Below are positions 1 through 11,420 of a DNA stretch of 64,000 bases, in pieces (position 1 is the first letter of the stretch; every line of letters begins with the position of its first letter). The notes under the pieces are model-generated. The model made no database searches and was not told where the DNA came from. It saw only the letters and a list, made by a program, of their open reading frames with translations. This stretch comes from Lama glama. Its lineage: Eukaryota. Location: contig CM052816.1 in the NCBI GenBank assembly GCA_028534125.1, positions 24,120,001 to 24,184,000 of the forward strand, given 5' to 3'. A program made the position numbers and the translations under genes.

Positions 1-1159
1 CCATCAGAAGGTGACTCTGCTTGAAGCTGTAGTAAGTTAGAAAAACATGTAATTTTGAAGAAAAAAAAAATCATCCTGATCTAATTTTCCCCCAATAAAG
101 CCCAGGAACTGGGAAGTGTTAGTGATTGTAAACCCAAGAATCCTGGCCAAAAAGGAAAAGAAACATTTACATATTAAAAGACTTAATACAGATAATTTAA
201 ATCATACTCTGTAGAATGCAAGTAGATAGGAATTTAGAGGACACCAAATCAGGACCTTATTTTAGTAAAAATAGGAAGATCTCTTTTTTTTTTTTTGCTT
301 TTAATTTGTATTTATTTTTCTTTTAATTTTTAGTGTAATATAATTTTTTAAAGGTCAGATTGCATTCAGTGAACTCAGTTTAAAAGTATGTGCAAAATGT
401 TATGAAGATGTATTAAAATAGCTTCTTCTGTTTTATTTACCACACCTACATTCTTCGTGCATAGTCACATAGGAAGCCGCTAAGACTGAAAGCAGGCAAT
501 TCCTTTATAATCTTATCAAAAATAGAAGCCAATAGTTGTAATGACTCACTTGTTTCCTTCTGTTTTCAATCCTTATCTTGGGACCACAGATTGCATTACA
601 GTTGATAAGTAATTGTACATCTTTTGTGAAGCACCTTGAAGTGTTCTGTCATGACAATAACCTGGCTACGTTTTAGAATTCCCAAACAAAGCTAAATTTT
701 ATGACTGAATCCTGTCCCTTTAATATAACACTTCATACTATTTTGAGAACCTTCAGCAAGTCACTAGAAAAAAAGGTCAGAGCCAAACCCTTAACAAATA
801 AAGTACATCAATTTATACAAGCGATTTCTTTGGAGTGAAATCTATTTCTGTAATTATTTTCTTCACTTCTAAAATGTACAATAAGCATGTCTCATTGTAA
901 ATTCTAGGTAACATCATGTTTAGAGATTTTTTTTCTTCTATATGGTCCTTGATTCCAATTTATGTTTTCTCTGCATGAAGTACATTTGAGTAGTTTGAAA
1001 ACTATGAATAATGTTAGTTTGGCTGAGGGTCCAACTAAGATTAAAGAAATTCCTATGGCACATCCTAGGCACAACTAATTTGATTCTTAATACAAAGTTA
1101 ACATGTGGGTGTGGTGTATAGAAGAGACTGTTAGTTGTTCCCTTAAATCCATTTTCCAC

Positions 1160-1310
1160 TTATTCTCTGTTAATAAAGTCCCTGGTATTCATCTGGGCAC
1201 ATGGCTGCCCCACATCAAGGCCACATTTCTTACCCTCCCTTGTAGCAGGGTAAGGCCAAGGAATTCAGTTCTAGACAATGGGATCTAAGTAGTAGTTAGG
1301 TATGACTACC
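1160..1310. mobile_element. ERVL-class solo LTR fragment (LTR16/LTR33-like)
   Basis: ctgggcacatggctgccc...acatttcttaccctcccttgtagcagggtaaggcca...gttctagacaatgggat resembles the LTR16/LTR33 consensus as I recall it. Confidence 0.55.
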
Positions 1311-2799
1311 TATGGACTTGCACGTGAGAGAGAAATACACCACTATTACCCCACATGCCACCACCCACCTGCTCTCACTGTATAAAGGAATGATGGGAGA
1401 TGACAGTAAAGTGAGTTCTTTGTCATTAGGTACAAAGGACCCTGAGAAGAAACTAACCTCTGTCTGTAATCAGGGTAACAGTCCTGAGTCTTCACAAGCA
1501 TATCCAATTTCAATAGAAATGATATATGTGAAAGCCACTCTTAACAATACAAAACATTTGTAAGCTGGTAATTACTTTTCTAATGGAGACTCTCACATAT
1601 TATAGCCATCACTAAGGTTCTACCTCTGTTAAAGGTTGGAAAATGAGAATTAGACTCAAATCACTGAAAGAGAGATTTGTGCCATAAGAAAAACTTAAGG
1701 AAGAATTTAAAGATACTAAAGATGATAAAAAGTGAAAAAAAAATCTAAGTAAAAGATCTTAATACTGGTTATATCTGAAATAGGATTAATAGCGGCATTT
1801 TGTTCTCTAGTTTTTCCAAGTCCTTCTGCTATAGGCTTACATGAATCCCCTAAACATTGCATCTACTTAAAATTATAGAAGCCCTTTTCTGAGAAAAAGT
1901 ATAGTAACCTTTATTCTTATTCTAATAGGCATTACTTGAAAGAACTACATTTGACTGCAGACATAATTCTTAGGGAGACTGAAAAAAATTAGCTTACATT
2001 TTAATTTTTGTCATGGAAACCTTAGATAGTCAGGTAAATATATATTTAGTCATATCAAAGCATCCAGTTAAACTATAATTTCTTAGCCATTTTACAGGTC
2101 ATAAATAGGACAAAGATGTCCTCATTACATATTGTAAGTATTTTGTTAGGAGCATCAGGTTAGATTGGCTGTAATTACAGTTTCCTTTATCGAATTTAGA
2201 AGGATATCAACCATAATACACCAGTCATTTTATTTATTTATTCTATCAGTCATTTGAATCAAGTCTGAAAACAAGGGCAAACATCACTGTATTTAGTAGT
2301 CATATGTGGCCTGGGGACAAATATACCTAAACGATTCTTAATTCTCTGGGACAGGAGAAAAGAATCAAATGTGGAAAAAAAAAATCTGTAGTTCCTTACA
2401 GTGGTCTATGCACATTCTTTGCTGTTGGTCATCTCCTTTCCCTAAAAAAAAAAAAAAATTAATTGATGAATAATTGATTAATTTATGCTCTTTCTATTAC
2501 TCCTATAGTAACAGCAAAACTGACCCTAATTTTTCTCTTGTAGCTTGGAAAAGTGTTCCACAATAGCCACATTTCTTTAAATATTACTTATATCTGGGCA
2601 GCCAAATCCGGAGTTTTTTTCCTAAGTTTTACAAATACATTGTCAAGATGGAGACTCTACCAGTAGTGTATGTTTCCTCTTTTCTGCCTTCTAATTTTGA
2701 TTATAGTTCACTTGTACTGAACCTTGGCCAGGATAAAACATAACATTATCAGTGAAGCATTAGGATATTTATTTATTTTTTAAAATTATTTTCCTGGTA

Positions 2800-2990
2800 A
2801 AATGTGATGCAATGAAAAGGAAGGTAGACCAGGAATTAGAAGAACTAGATTCACTTTCTGCCTCTGATGTCGATTTGCAGTGTGAACTTGGGTGTCCAGG
2901 CTGTTAGTGGGCATCATTGTCTCACCTCTTCTATCGAGGGAATTAGACTAAAAGATCTCTAAAATTTTTCTCCAAATTACAATATGCTAA
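2800..2990 (+). mobile_element. MIR-family SINE (MIR3/MIRc-like)
   Basis: Degenerate core gcctctg...gtgtgaacttggg and tail gggaattagactaaaagatctctaaa. Confidence 0.55.
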
Positions 2991-3566
2991 ATATGCATAA
3001 TTTGAACAAACATTTTAAAATGCCTGTTTACTTACTTGGTATACTCAACTTATGTAAATTTTCCTGGTTTTTGCTTTTAAAACTGTAAACCCTAGAAATT
3101 ATAGCACTTGTGAAACAATTTTAGTGGGAATTTTAAGTAGATCTTTACTGATGTTTAAAAAAATTCTGACTATATTTTCTTTCTGAAATGACTGGATTGT
3201 ATATGATCATTTTTATAGTTCTATACTTCATAAGAATTTAAATATAGAACCTCTACTTATAACCTAAAGTTACACCTGGAGTAAATTAAATAATGAATAA
3301 GTCTGCAAATTTATTACTAAAATTATATTTTTGTTTTGTTTTGAGTTTTTTCAAGCTTTAAATGTATATTTTCTAAATTAATGCTTAAACTTTTGGGGAA
3401 GACATTTGGAATTATAAGAATCTTTATTCAGATTATCAGAAACCATAGACATAAAGCAATTCCAAGGATGAACCAGATTTTATTGTAACTCAAAGTTTGC
3501 ACATTAGCCATTCCCATAGCCCTGAGTGTTATTTTTCTCACCCAGAACCCATTAATTTATATTCTC

Positions 3567-4294
3567 AGAAAAGGGAACCCTACTACACTGTTAGTGGGGT
3601 GCAGCCATTGTGGAAAACAGTATGAAAATTCCTCAAAAGACTAAAAATAGACTTACCATATGGCCCAGCAATCCCACTCTTGGGCATATATCCAGAGGGA
3701 ACCTTAATTCAAAAAGACAACAGCACCCCCAATGTTCATAGCAGCACTATTTACAATAGCCAAGACATGGAAACAATGTAAACGTCCATAGTCAGATGAC
3801 TGGATAAATAAGTTGTGAAATATTTATACAATGGAATACTACTCAGCCATAAAAAATGATAAAATAATGCCATTTGCAGCACATGAATGGCCCTGGAGAA
3901 TGTCATTCTAACAGAAGTAAGCCAGAAAGAGAAAGAAAAATACCATATGATATCACTCATATGTGGAATCTAAGGGAAAAAAAGACGAATGAACTTATAT
4001 ATAGAACAGAGACAGACTCACAGACATAGAATACAGACTTGTGGTTGCCAGTGGGGAGAGGGATGGGAAGGGATAAACTGGGAGTTCAAGATTTGTAGAT
4101 ACTGACCGGTATATATAAAATAGATAAGCAAGTGTATACTGTATAGCACAGGGAAATATATTCAATATCTTGTAGTAGCTAATGGTGAAAAAGAATATGA
4201 AAATGAATATATGTGTTTCCATGTATGACTGAAGCATTGTGCTGTACACCAGAAATTGACACAATATTGTAAACTGACTACCTCAATTAAAAAA
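3567..4294 (+). mobile_element. 5'-truncated lineage-specific L1 (ORF2 C-terminus plus 3' UTR)
   Basis: aagggaaccctactacactgtt...ccagcaatcccactcttgggcatatatccag...atggaatactactcagccataaaaa...tgctgtacaccagaaattgacaca...caattaaaaaa. Closely matches the minus-strand copy at 8138-9177. Imperfect TSD tatattctcagaa / aatattttcagaa. Confidence 0.95.
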
Positions 4295-5451
4295 TTTTTT
4301 TAATATTTTCAGAAGCCACTCCTCTTCCTGTCCCCACTATGAAGTCTCTTCTTGCCCTTACCTTCCCCAGCCACCTCCCCAGCCACCATACTATGTACTA
4401 TTGATTACTGGTGCAGTTCACTTTGGCCTTTTCTCTACCAGCTGTCCACCAGGCACTGAGACAGCTCAAGGGAATGTAAAATCCCAGAGCTCATGGATTC
4501 AATGCAGTCTGTCTATCCTCGACACCTTTTTTCTCTTGGTTGGTTTTAGCCACAGAGCATTCACCCTTTGTCTTTGGAAGGTGTTGATCTTTGTTTATGT
4601 TGTATAATAAATGTAGCTAACACCTGCAGTTTCAAATTATTACATGTTTTACACAAATGAAAACATCAGTTCATATGGATTCCTCCTTGACTTTCAAATA
4701 AGAGTAGTTACCTAAAAGCTGACTTAAATCAGAATTATGCATTAGAAAACTTACAACTCATTGAATTTACCTCAGGACTTTCATTGTCACTTTTAAAAAT
4801 TCTCAGCTCATCTATATTGACTTTACAATTTTCTGTAGAGAAAATGCCAAATAATTTGAAAGATATAGTAGTTTCATCAGCTGCAGCATGAATACAAATG
4901 AGGAAAGAAAGAACTGAAATTTAAGAAGCACCTGGTGCTTCAGACTGACTGAACAGCTGAACAGCTGTTTTCACTTTTCTGAGGAGAATCATCAGAATGT
5001 AGGATCACAGTGTGTAGTTAGCTGACTGAAAAGGACATCAGAGAGGTAAACTTTAAGCAACCGAAGACTGTAGAAGGTTAAAAATCAAGGGCATACTGAG
5101 TCATCTTAGCTTGAAATTATAAGTTGGGCAATGATAAATACTCTAGAATAAACTAAAATCTTTGTACTGTGGAGAAATGAAGACAAGAAAGGAAAGTTAG
5201 GTAAGCAGAAAACCCAAATGTGTAGACAAAACATTATTCAAAATCATGCTTTTCTGAACCAACACTGACTAGCAGTTTTTGTTTATATAATTCCCAGACA
5301 TACTTGAAAAGTGTATAATTTCCATTGGTAAATATCATATTTTGTGTAGGACATTCATTCATAGTTAGAAACATTGTCATGATGTAATCATCTCTCCTTG
5401 GAGAGGAGGCTGTAGAGAAGTCAAGTTTTGGGGAGCTTTTCTTAAAAAACA

Positions 5452-5638
5452 TTGCTATTCAACATAGTCTTGGAAGTCCTAGCCACAGCAGTCTCTCAAG
5501 AGAAAGAAATAAAAGGGATCCGAATTGGAAAAGAAGAGGTAAAAGTGTCATTATATGCTGATGACATGTTACTATATATAGAAAACCCTAAAAGGTCCAC
5601 ACAAAAGCTACTAGAGCTGATTGAAGAATTCAGCAAGG
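5452..5638 (+). mobile_element. Young L1 ORF2 reverse-transcriptase fragment running into the gap
   Basis: Open frame [10 protein letters not shown]...[16 protein letters not shown] contains the L1 RT (F/Y)ADD motif. Confidence 0.97.
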
Positions 5639-6138
5639 NNNNNNNNNNNNNNNNNNNNNNNNNNNNNNNNNNNNNNNNNNNNNNNNNNNNNNNNNNNNNN
5701 NNNNNNNNNNNNNNNNNNNNNNNNNNNNNNNNNNNNNNNNNNNNNNNNNNNNNNNNNNNNNNNNNNNNNNNNNNNNNNNNNNNNNNNNNNNNNNNNNNNN
5801 NNNNNNNNNNNNNNNNNNNNNNNNNNNNNNNNNNNNNNNNNNNNNNNNNNNNNNNNNNNNNNNNNNNNNNNNNNNNNNNNNNNNNNNNNNNNNNNNNNNN
5901 NNNNNNNNNNNNNNNNNNNNNNNNNNNNNNNNNNNNNNNNNNNNNNNNNNNNNNNNNNNNNNNNNNNNNNNNNNNNNNNNNNNNNNNNNNNNNNNNNNNN
6001 NNNNNNNNNNNNNNNNNNNNNNNNNNNNNNNNNNNNNNNNNNNNNNNNNNNNNNNNNNNNNNNNNNNNNNNNNNNNNNNNNNNNNNNNNNNNNNNNNNNN
6101 NNNNNNNNNNNNNNNNNNNNNNNNNNNNNNNNNNNNNN
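5639..6138. other. Assembly gap (exactly 500 N, probably a placeholder size)
   Basis: Continuous N run. Confidence 1.
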
Positions 6139-6670
6139 TACCAATACCATGCTGTCTTGATGACTGTAGCTCTATAGTATTGTCTGAAGTCTGGGAGAGT
6201 TATTCCTCCAGCCTCTTTCTTTCCCTTCAGTAATGCTTTGGCAATTCTAGGTCTTTGATGGTTCCATATAAATTTTATTATGATTTGTTCTAGTTCTGTG
6301 AAATATGTCCTGGGTAATTGGATAGGGATTGCATTAAATCTGTAGATTGCCTTGGGCAGTGTGACTATTTTAACAATATTGGTTCTTCCAATCCAAGACT
6401 ATGGAATATCTTTCCATTTTTTAAAGTCTTCTTTAATTTCCTTCATCAATGGTTTATAGTTTTCTGTGTATAATTCTTTCACCTCCTTGGTTAGATTTAT
6501 TCCCAGATATTTTATTACTTTGGGTGCTATTTTAAAGGGGATTGTTTCTTTACTTTCTTTTTCTGTTGATTTACCATTAGTGTAAAGAAATGCAACTGAT
6601 TTTTGAACGTTAATTTTGTAACCTGCTACCTTGCTGAATTCTTCAATCAGCTCTAGTAGCTTTTGTGTGG
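6139..6670 (-). mobile_element. Young L1 ORF2 fragment (downstream RT region) running into the gap
   Basis: Minus-strand translation [29 protein letters not shown]...[21 protein letters not shown]...WKDIP is L1 ORF2p, with one in-frame stop at 6399-6401. Confidence 0.97.
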
Positions 6671-7497
6671 GACAACACCAAATTCTGACGAGGCTGTAGA
6701 ACAACAGGAATTCTCATTCATTCCTGATAGAACACAAAATAGCAGTTTCTTTGGAAGAGGTTTGGTGGTTTCTTACAAAATTTATATACCCTTACCATAA
6801 CATCCAGCTATCATGCTCCTTGTTATTTACCCAAAGGAGATGAAAATTTACGTCCACACAAAAACCTGCACAAGAATGTTTATAGCAGCTTTATCCATGG
6901 TTGCCACAACTTGAAAGCAACCACCACATCCTTCAGAAGGTGAATGGGTAAGTAAACTGTGGTACATCCAGACAATGGAATATCCGTCAGCATTTAAAAA
7001 AAAAAAAAAGAGCTATCAAAACATGAAAAGATATGGAGGAAACTTAAACACATATAACTAAGCGAAAGAAGTCAATCTGAAAAGACTTTCCAGAGTTCCA
7101 GATTCCAACTACATGATATTCTGGAGAAGGCAAAACTCTTAAGACAGTAAAAGATTAGTGGTTGTAAAGGATTAGGGGAAGGACGGATGAACAGGCAGAC
7201 AGCAGAGGATTTTTAGGGCAGTGAAACAACTCTGTATGATACTGTAATGCTGGATATATATCACTGTACATTTTCTAAATCCATAGAATGTACACCACCA
7301 AGAATAAGCCCTAATGTGAACGATGGACTCTGGGAATATATGATGTTCAGTGTAGGTTCACCAATCCTAACAAACATACCACTTGGCAGGGGATGTTGAT
7401 AATGGGGAAGGCTATGCATGTACATGGGCAGGGAAACCTCTGTACTTTCCTCTCCCAATTTTGCTGTCAGCCTAAACTTCTCTTTAAAAAAATTGTC
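6671..7497 (+). mobile_element. Old eutherian L1 3' end (L1MC/L1MD-like)
   Basis: gacaacaccaaattctgacgagg...ccacacaaaaacctgcacaagaatgtttatagcagc...ctctgtactttcctcccaattttgctgtcagcctaaac. Paralogous to 31970-33085. Confidence 0.85.
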
Positions 7498-8137
7498 TTT
7501 AAAAAACAAACACCCCAAAACAGAAAAACCAAACACAACAACAGCTGTAAGATGGTTGGGATAGAATGGTCTGAAAGAGAAGAAAAAGGCGCACATCTAG
7601 ACTGTCAGAAAATCTCGTTCCTCCAGTGTGCCTCTACATCCACTGGCAAGCATCCATGTGGTGAAATCCTGCTGGTTTTCAGTTTTTGCTCTTTTCACAA
7701 GCATAGTTCACACACTCCAGGCCCACAAGATGAGTGATTAGGGAGGTGTCAAGAGGAGAGAGGCTGCCAAGCTTTGCAAATGTGTTTGTTGTTAATGACA
7801 ATGTCCGTTACTTTCCAGATGCTTTCAAACACATGAAGGACACTCCCTGAATGACGAGCTTTTAACCTTGCAGCTGGTCATTTATTTTTCTGAGGAGGAC
7901 GTGCTACTGTCTCAACTTCCAGGTGGTTGTTCACTGAAGGCAATAATGGCCTCTTGTTTACTGATCTCCAAACTGTCCCACGTGTTGCCGACTGGTTACT
8001 GTCTGTGATGCTGCCTTTGAGTGCTAAACATTAGCGAATAATCACTTTCGATCGTTCTCTCTTTGTTGCATTAGAGAAAACCATAGAGTATTTAAAATTT
8101 TTGCATTTATCAAGGGAAACAATTGTGCATGTGTTTT

Positions 8138-9177
8138 TTTAACACTTTTTGAGTTATAATCATCTTACAATGTTGTGTCAAATTCCAGTGTAGAGCACAA
8201 TTTTTCAGTCATACATGAACATATATATATTCATTGTCACATTTTTCTCCTCTGTGAGCTACCATAAGATCTTGTATATATTTCCCTGTGCTATACAGTA
8301 TAATCTTCTTTATCTATTCTACATTTTGAAATCCCAGTCTGTCCCTTCCCAACCCCTGCCCCCTTGGCAACCACAAGTTTGTATTCTATGTCTATGAGTC
8401 TGTTTCTGTTTTGTATTTTGTTTTGTTTTGGTTTCTTTTTTTAGATTCCACATATGAGCGATCTCATCTGGTATTTTTATTTCTCTTTCTGGCTTACTTC
8501 ACTTAGAATGACATTCTCCAGAAGCATCCGTGTTGCTGCAAATGGCGTTATGTTGTCAGTTTTTATGGCTGAGTAGTATTCCATTGTATAAATATACAAC
8601 CTCTTCTTTATCCAGTCACCTGTTGATGGACATTTAGGCTGTTTCCATGCCTTGGCTATTGTAAACAGTGCTGCTATGAACACTGAGGTGCAGGTGTCAT
8701 TCTGAAGTAGGGTTCCTTCTGGATAGATGCCCAGTAGTGGGATTTCTGGGTCATATGGTAAGTCTATTTCTAGTCTTTTGAGGAATCTCCATACTGTTTT
8801 CCACAATGGCTGCACCAAACTGCATTCCCACCAGCAGCGTAGGAGGGTTCCCTTTTCTTCACACCCTCTCCAGCATTTGTCATTTGTGGACTTCTGAATG
8901 ATGGCCATTCTGACTGGTGTAAGGTGATACCTCATGGTAGTTTTGACTTGCATTTCTCTGATAATTAGTGATATTCAACATTTTTTCATGTGCCTATTGA
9001 TCATTTGTATTTCTTCCTTGGATAATTGTTTAGGTCTTCTGCCCACTTTTGGTTTGGGTTGTTTGTTTTTTTCTTATTGAGTCGTATGAGCTGCTTATAC
9101 ATTCTGGAGATCAAGCCTTTGTCAGTTTCACTTGCAAAAATTTTCTCTCATTCTGTAGGCTCTTTTTGTTTTACTTA
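8138..9177 (-). mobile_element. Young 5'-truncated L1 (ORF2 C-terminal Cys-rich domain plus 3' UTR) with 14-bp TSD
   Basis: ORF 8477-8953 reads [19 protein letters not shown]...[18 protein letters not shown]... (L1 ORF2p C-terminus). Perfect TSD tgtgcatgtgtttt at 8124-8137 and 9178-9191. TT/AAAA endonuclease site on the minus strand. Confidence 0.97.
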
Positions 9178-10399
9178 TGTGCATGTGTTTTAAGACAGCA
9201 AACTTGGAATTGGGGAGTTCCTGAATACAGAGCAAACCCATCCAACAAAACACGCTTTCCAAAGTAAAATCAGTAATGATGAAACCCCAGGTAAAAGCTA
9301 CTCCTTAGAAACGTTTTATGTTAGTTAACAGAGCCCTAAGGACCACATACTCCTACTTAACAGTTTTGCATTTCATTTGTTGCATTCATAATTTACTTAA
9401 TTTCTATCCCTCCATACCTTCTCCCATTGTGAACTTTAATAACATCAGGGATTTTAGCAAAATCCCCAGTGGTGTGTACTTTCAGAATTAGGCAAAATCT
9501 TTTTTATATGAGACTCTGAATAATTGTTTCATTCTCTCGTTGAGAGAAAGCCATGACTGCTAAGCCTACAGTGGTGCATAATATGGTAAATCGGCTTAAT
9601 GATGTGTGAATAAAATAATATTAAGAAAAAAAGGGCTTGTTTTCCTGGATTCAAAACAGAAGAGACAAAAAAAAAAGCGACAACTCTAGGGGCTTCAGGG
9701 AGACTGAAAAATCTATACCACAGAGTTCTAGGGTTTTTTTTTTTTTTCTTCAAAGCCTTTAAGCAACTATCTTGGACAAAAGGCAAGCTCATAAATAACC
9801 CACTGGGAGTGAGATCTCAGCTTGGGTTTATATTTACCCATTATATTCAGAACTTAAAATTTTAAAAGCCACTGAAGAACTAACCTTGGTCTGATGGGGC
9901 TGGAGGGAGAATACTTTTTTCCCTAACAACATAAAAATCCCAGTGTTCACTGCAGTTGTCATAACAACTGTTTTTAAATAAAATATGTATTATTCATCAA
10001 ATATTGGCACCCATAACGCGGCGCCACCTAAAAATTATTGTCTATTCTTATCTCCATAAACCTGGCTTGTATGGCTAAGAGAAGGTAGAATTCTACATCA
10101 TGGTGGAGAATTCTCAGTTAAGGGGAGGAGGTTTCCAAGAATGCCCACTGTCCCAATTTGCTTCTCTAATTCTTCAGTCACATGAGTCATCTCCCACCTC
10201 GGCCAGAAAATAGATGGGGGCTGGAATGGAGATGCTATACCCACCAAGAAAATGGTTCAAGATGATGTACACTAATTGGGAAACCCCAGTCACTGTGACT
10301 AAGAGATTTGATTTTAGGGAAACCCCTATCTTGGAACCACTAAGCTTCAAAAATCCTCTCTCATATCGGCTATTTCATAAGACTTTAAGGTTTTAAAAA

Positions 10400-10760
10400 T
10401 TTTAATTCTCACACTTGGAAAATATTCAAACAATAGAAAAGACTGTTCAGTGAATCATAAGCCTTTTCCTACCCACCCCAGATTTTCCCCAAAGCCAACC
10501 CTGATACTAGGTTTTATGCCTATGCAAACATATATTTTTACTTTTCTCTTATTTTCATTCAAATATTTAGAATAATAAACACATGATTCTGTACCTGGCT
10601 CTATTCAATTAACACATCTTAGAGAATATTTCATATCAGTATGTCAAGAGAGCTGCTTTATTCTTTTTCATGACCACACAGCTTCATTCCTGTTGGTTGC
10701 CACTGAGGTTGTTTCAGGTGTTTTGCCCCTGGAAATAGTGCTAAAACAAATTTTATTGTC
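10400..10760 (-). mobile_element. Old L1 3' remnant (L1ME-like)
   Basis: catatcagtatgtcaagagagctgctttattctttttcatgacc... resembles the L1ME 3' region. Confidence 0.5.
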
Positions 10761-10779
10761 TTTTTGCCTTTATTGCCCT

Positions 10780-11420
10780 AGCTTTCTAATAGGCCCCCTT
10801 GCCTTCCATAGTAATCTTCTCCGGCTTTCTAATCCCCCACATTCCTGCCTGAATAATCTATCTCTGTGGCAAGACCGATCTTGTCACCCCTCTGCTTTAA
10901 CCCATCAACAGGTTTCCTATCAACCACACAAAACATCCAAATTCTTCCAAATATAAAAGCCTCCACAGTGTCCTGTCTGCTTTTTTAGTCTCACCTCTCA
11001 CCATTCCCCACCAAACATGATCATGCTGAAACAAGACTTCTTAAAACGTTTCTGGTTTCCCAGGCTTCCATGCCCTTGGCATCACTTACCTTTGCTCCTT
11101 TTACGAGTTGTTGGATGTGCCAGGGGTAACGCTGGGCTCGACCTTTTGTTCTGAGCATGGAGCCTCCAGGGAAGCCATATTTAACTGCTTACTGCCATAG
11201 GTTTCCACCTGCTGGTTTCAGATGAGACTCACTTCAGACTTTAGCAATTAGCACACCTGCCGCTTTTTATATGAGGTGCGAATTGACCTCCTGCTAACTA
11301 ACATTTGCCTCCTGACACCTTGGCTAAACCTCATCCTATTTTGTATGGCCTCTGCAACTCCTGAGGTACCAGAAGCAAAATGCCTGGCATATAAAGGGAT
11401 ATTCAGATAAAAGTTCTTCC
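10780..11420 (+). mobile_element. L2 fragments
   Basis: Pyrimidine-rich L2-like text (gatcttgtcacccctctgctttaaccc) ending tgcctggcatataaagg. Confidence 0.5.

Noticed and set aside
5452..6177. 241-aa and 179-aa ORFs
   Set aside because: Artefacts of reading through the N gap; the real part is an L1 ORF2 fragment
8477..8953. 158-aa ORF with Cys-rich motif
   Set aside because: C-terminus of L1 ORF2p in a truncated copy, not a host gene
10015..10035. CpG cluster aacgcggcgccacct as a CTCF site
   Set aside because: Only half of the CTCF core matches, and it is too short for a CpG island
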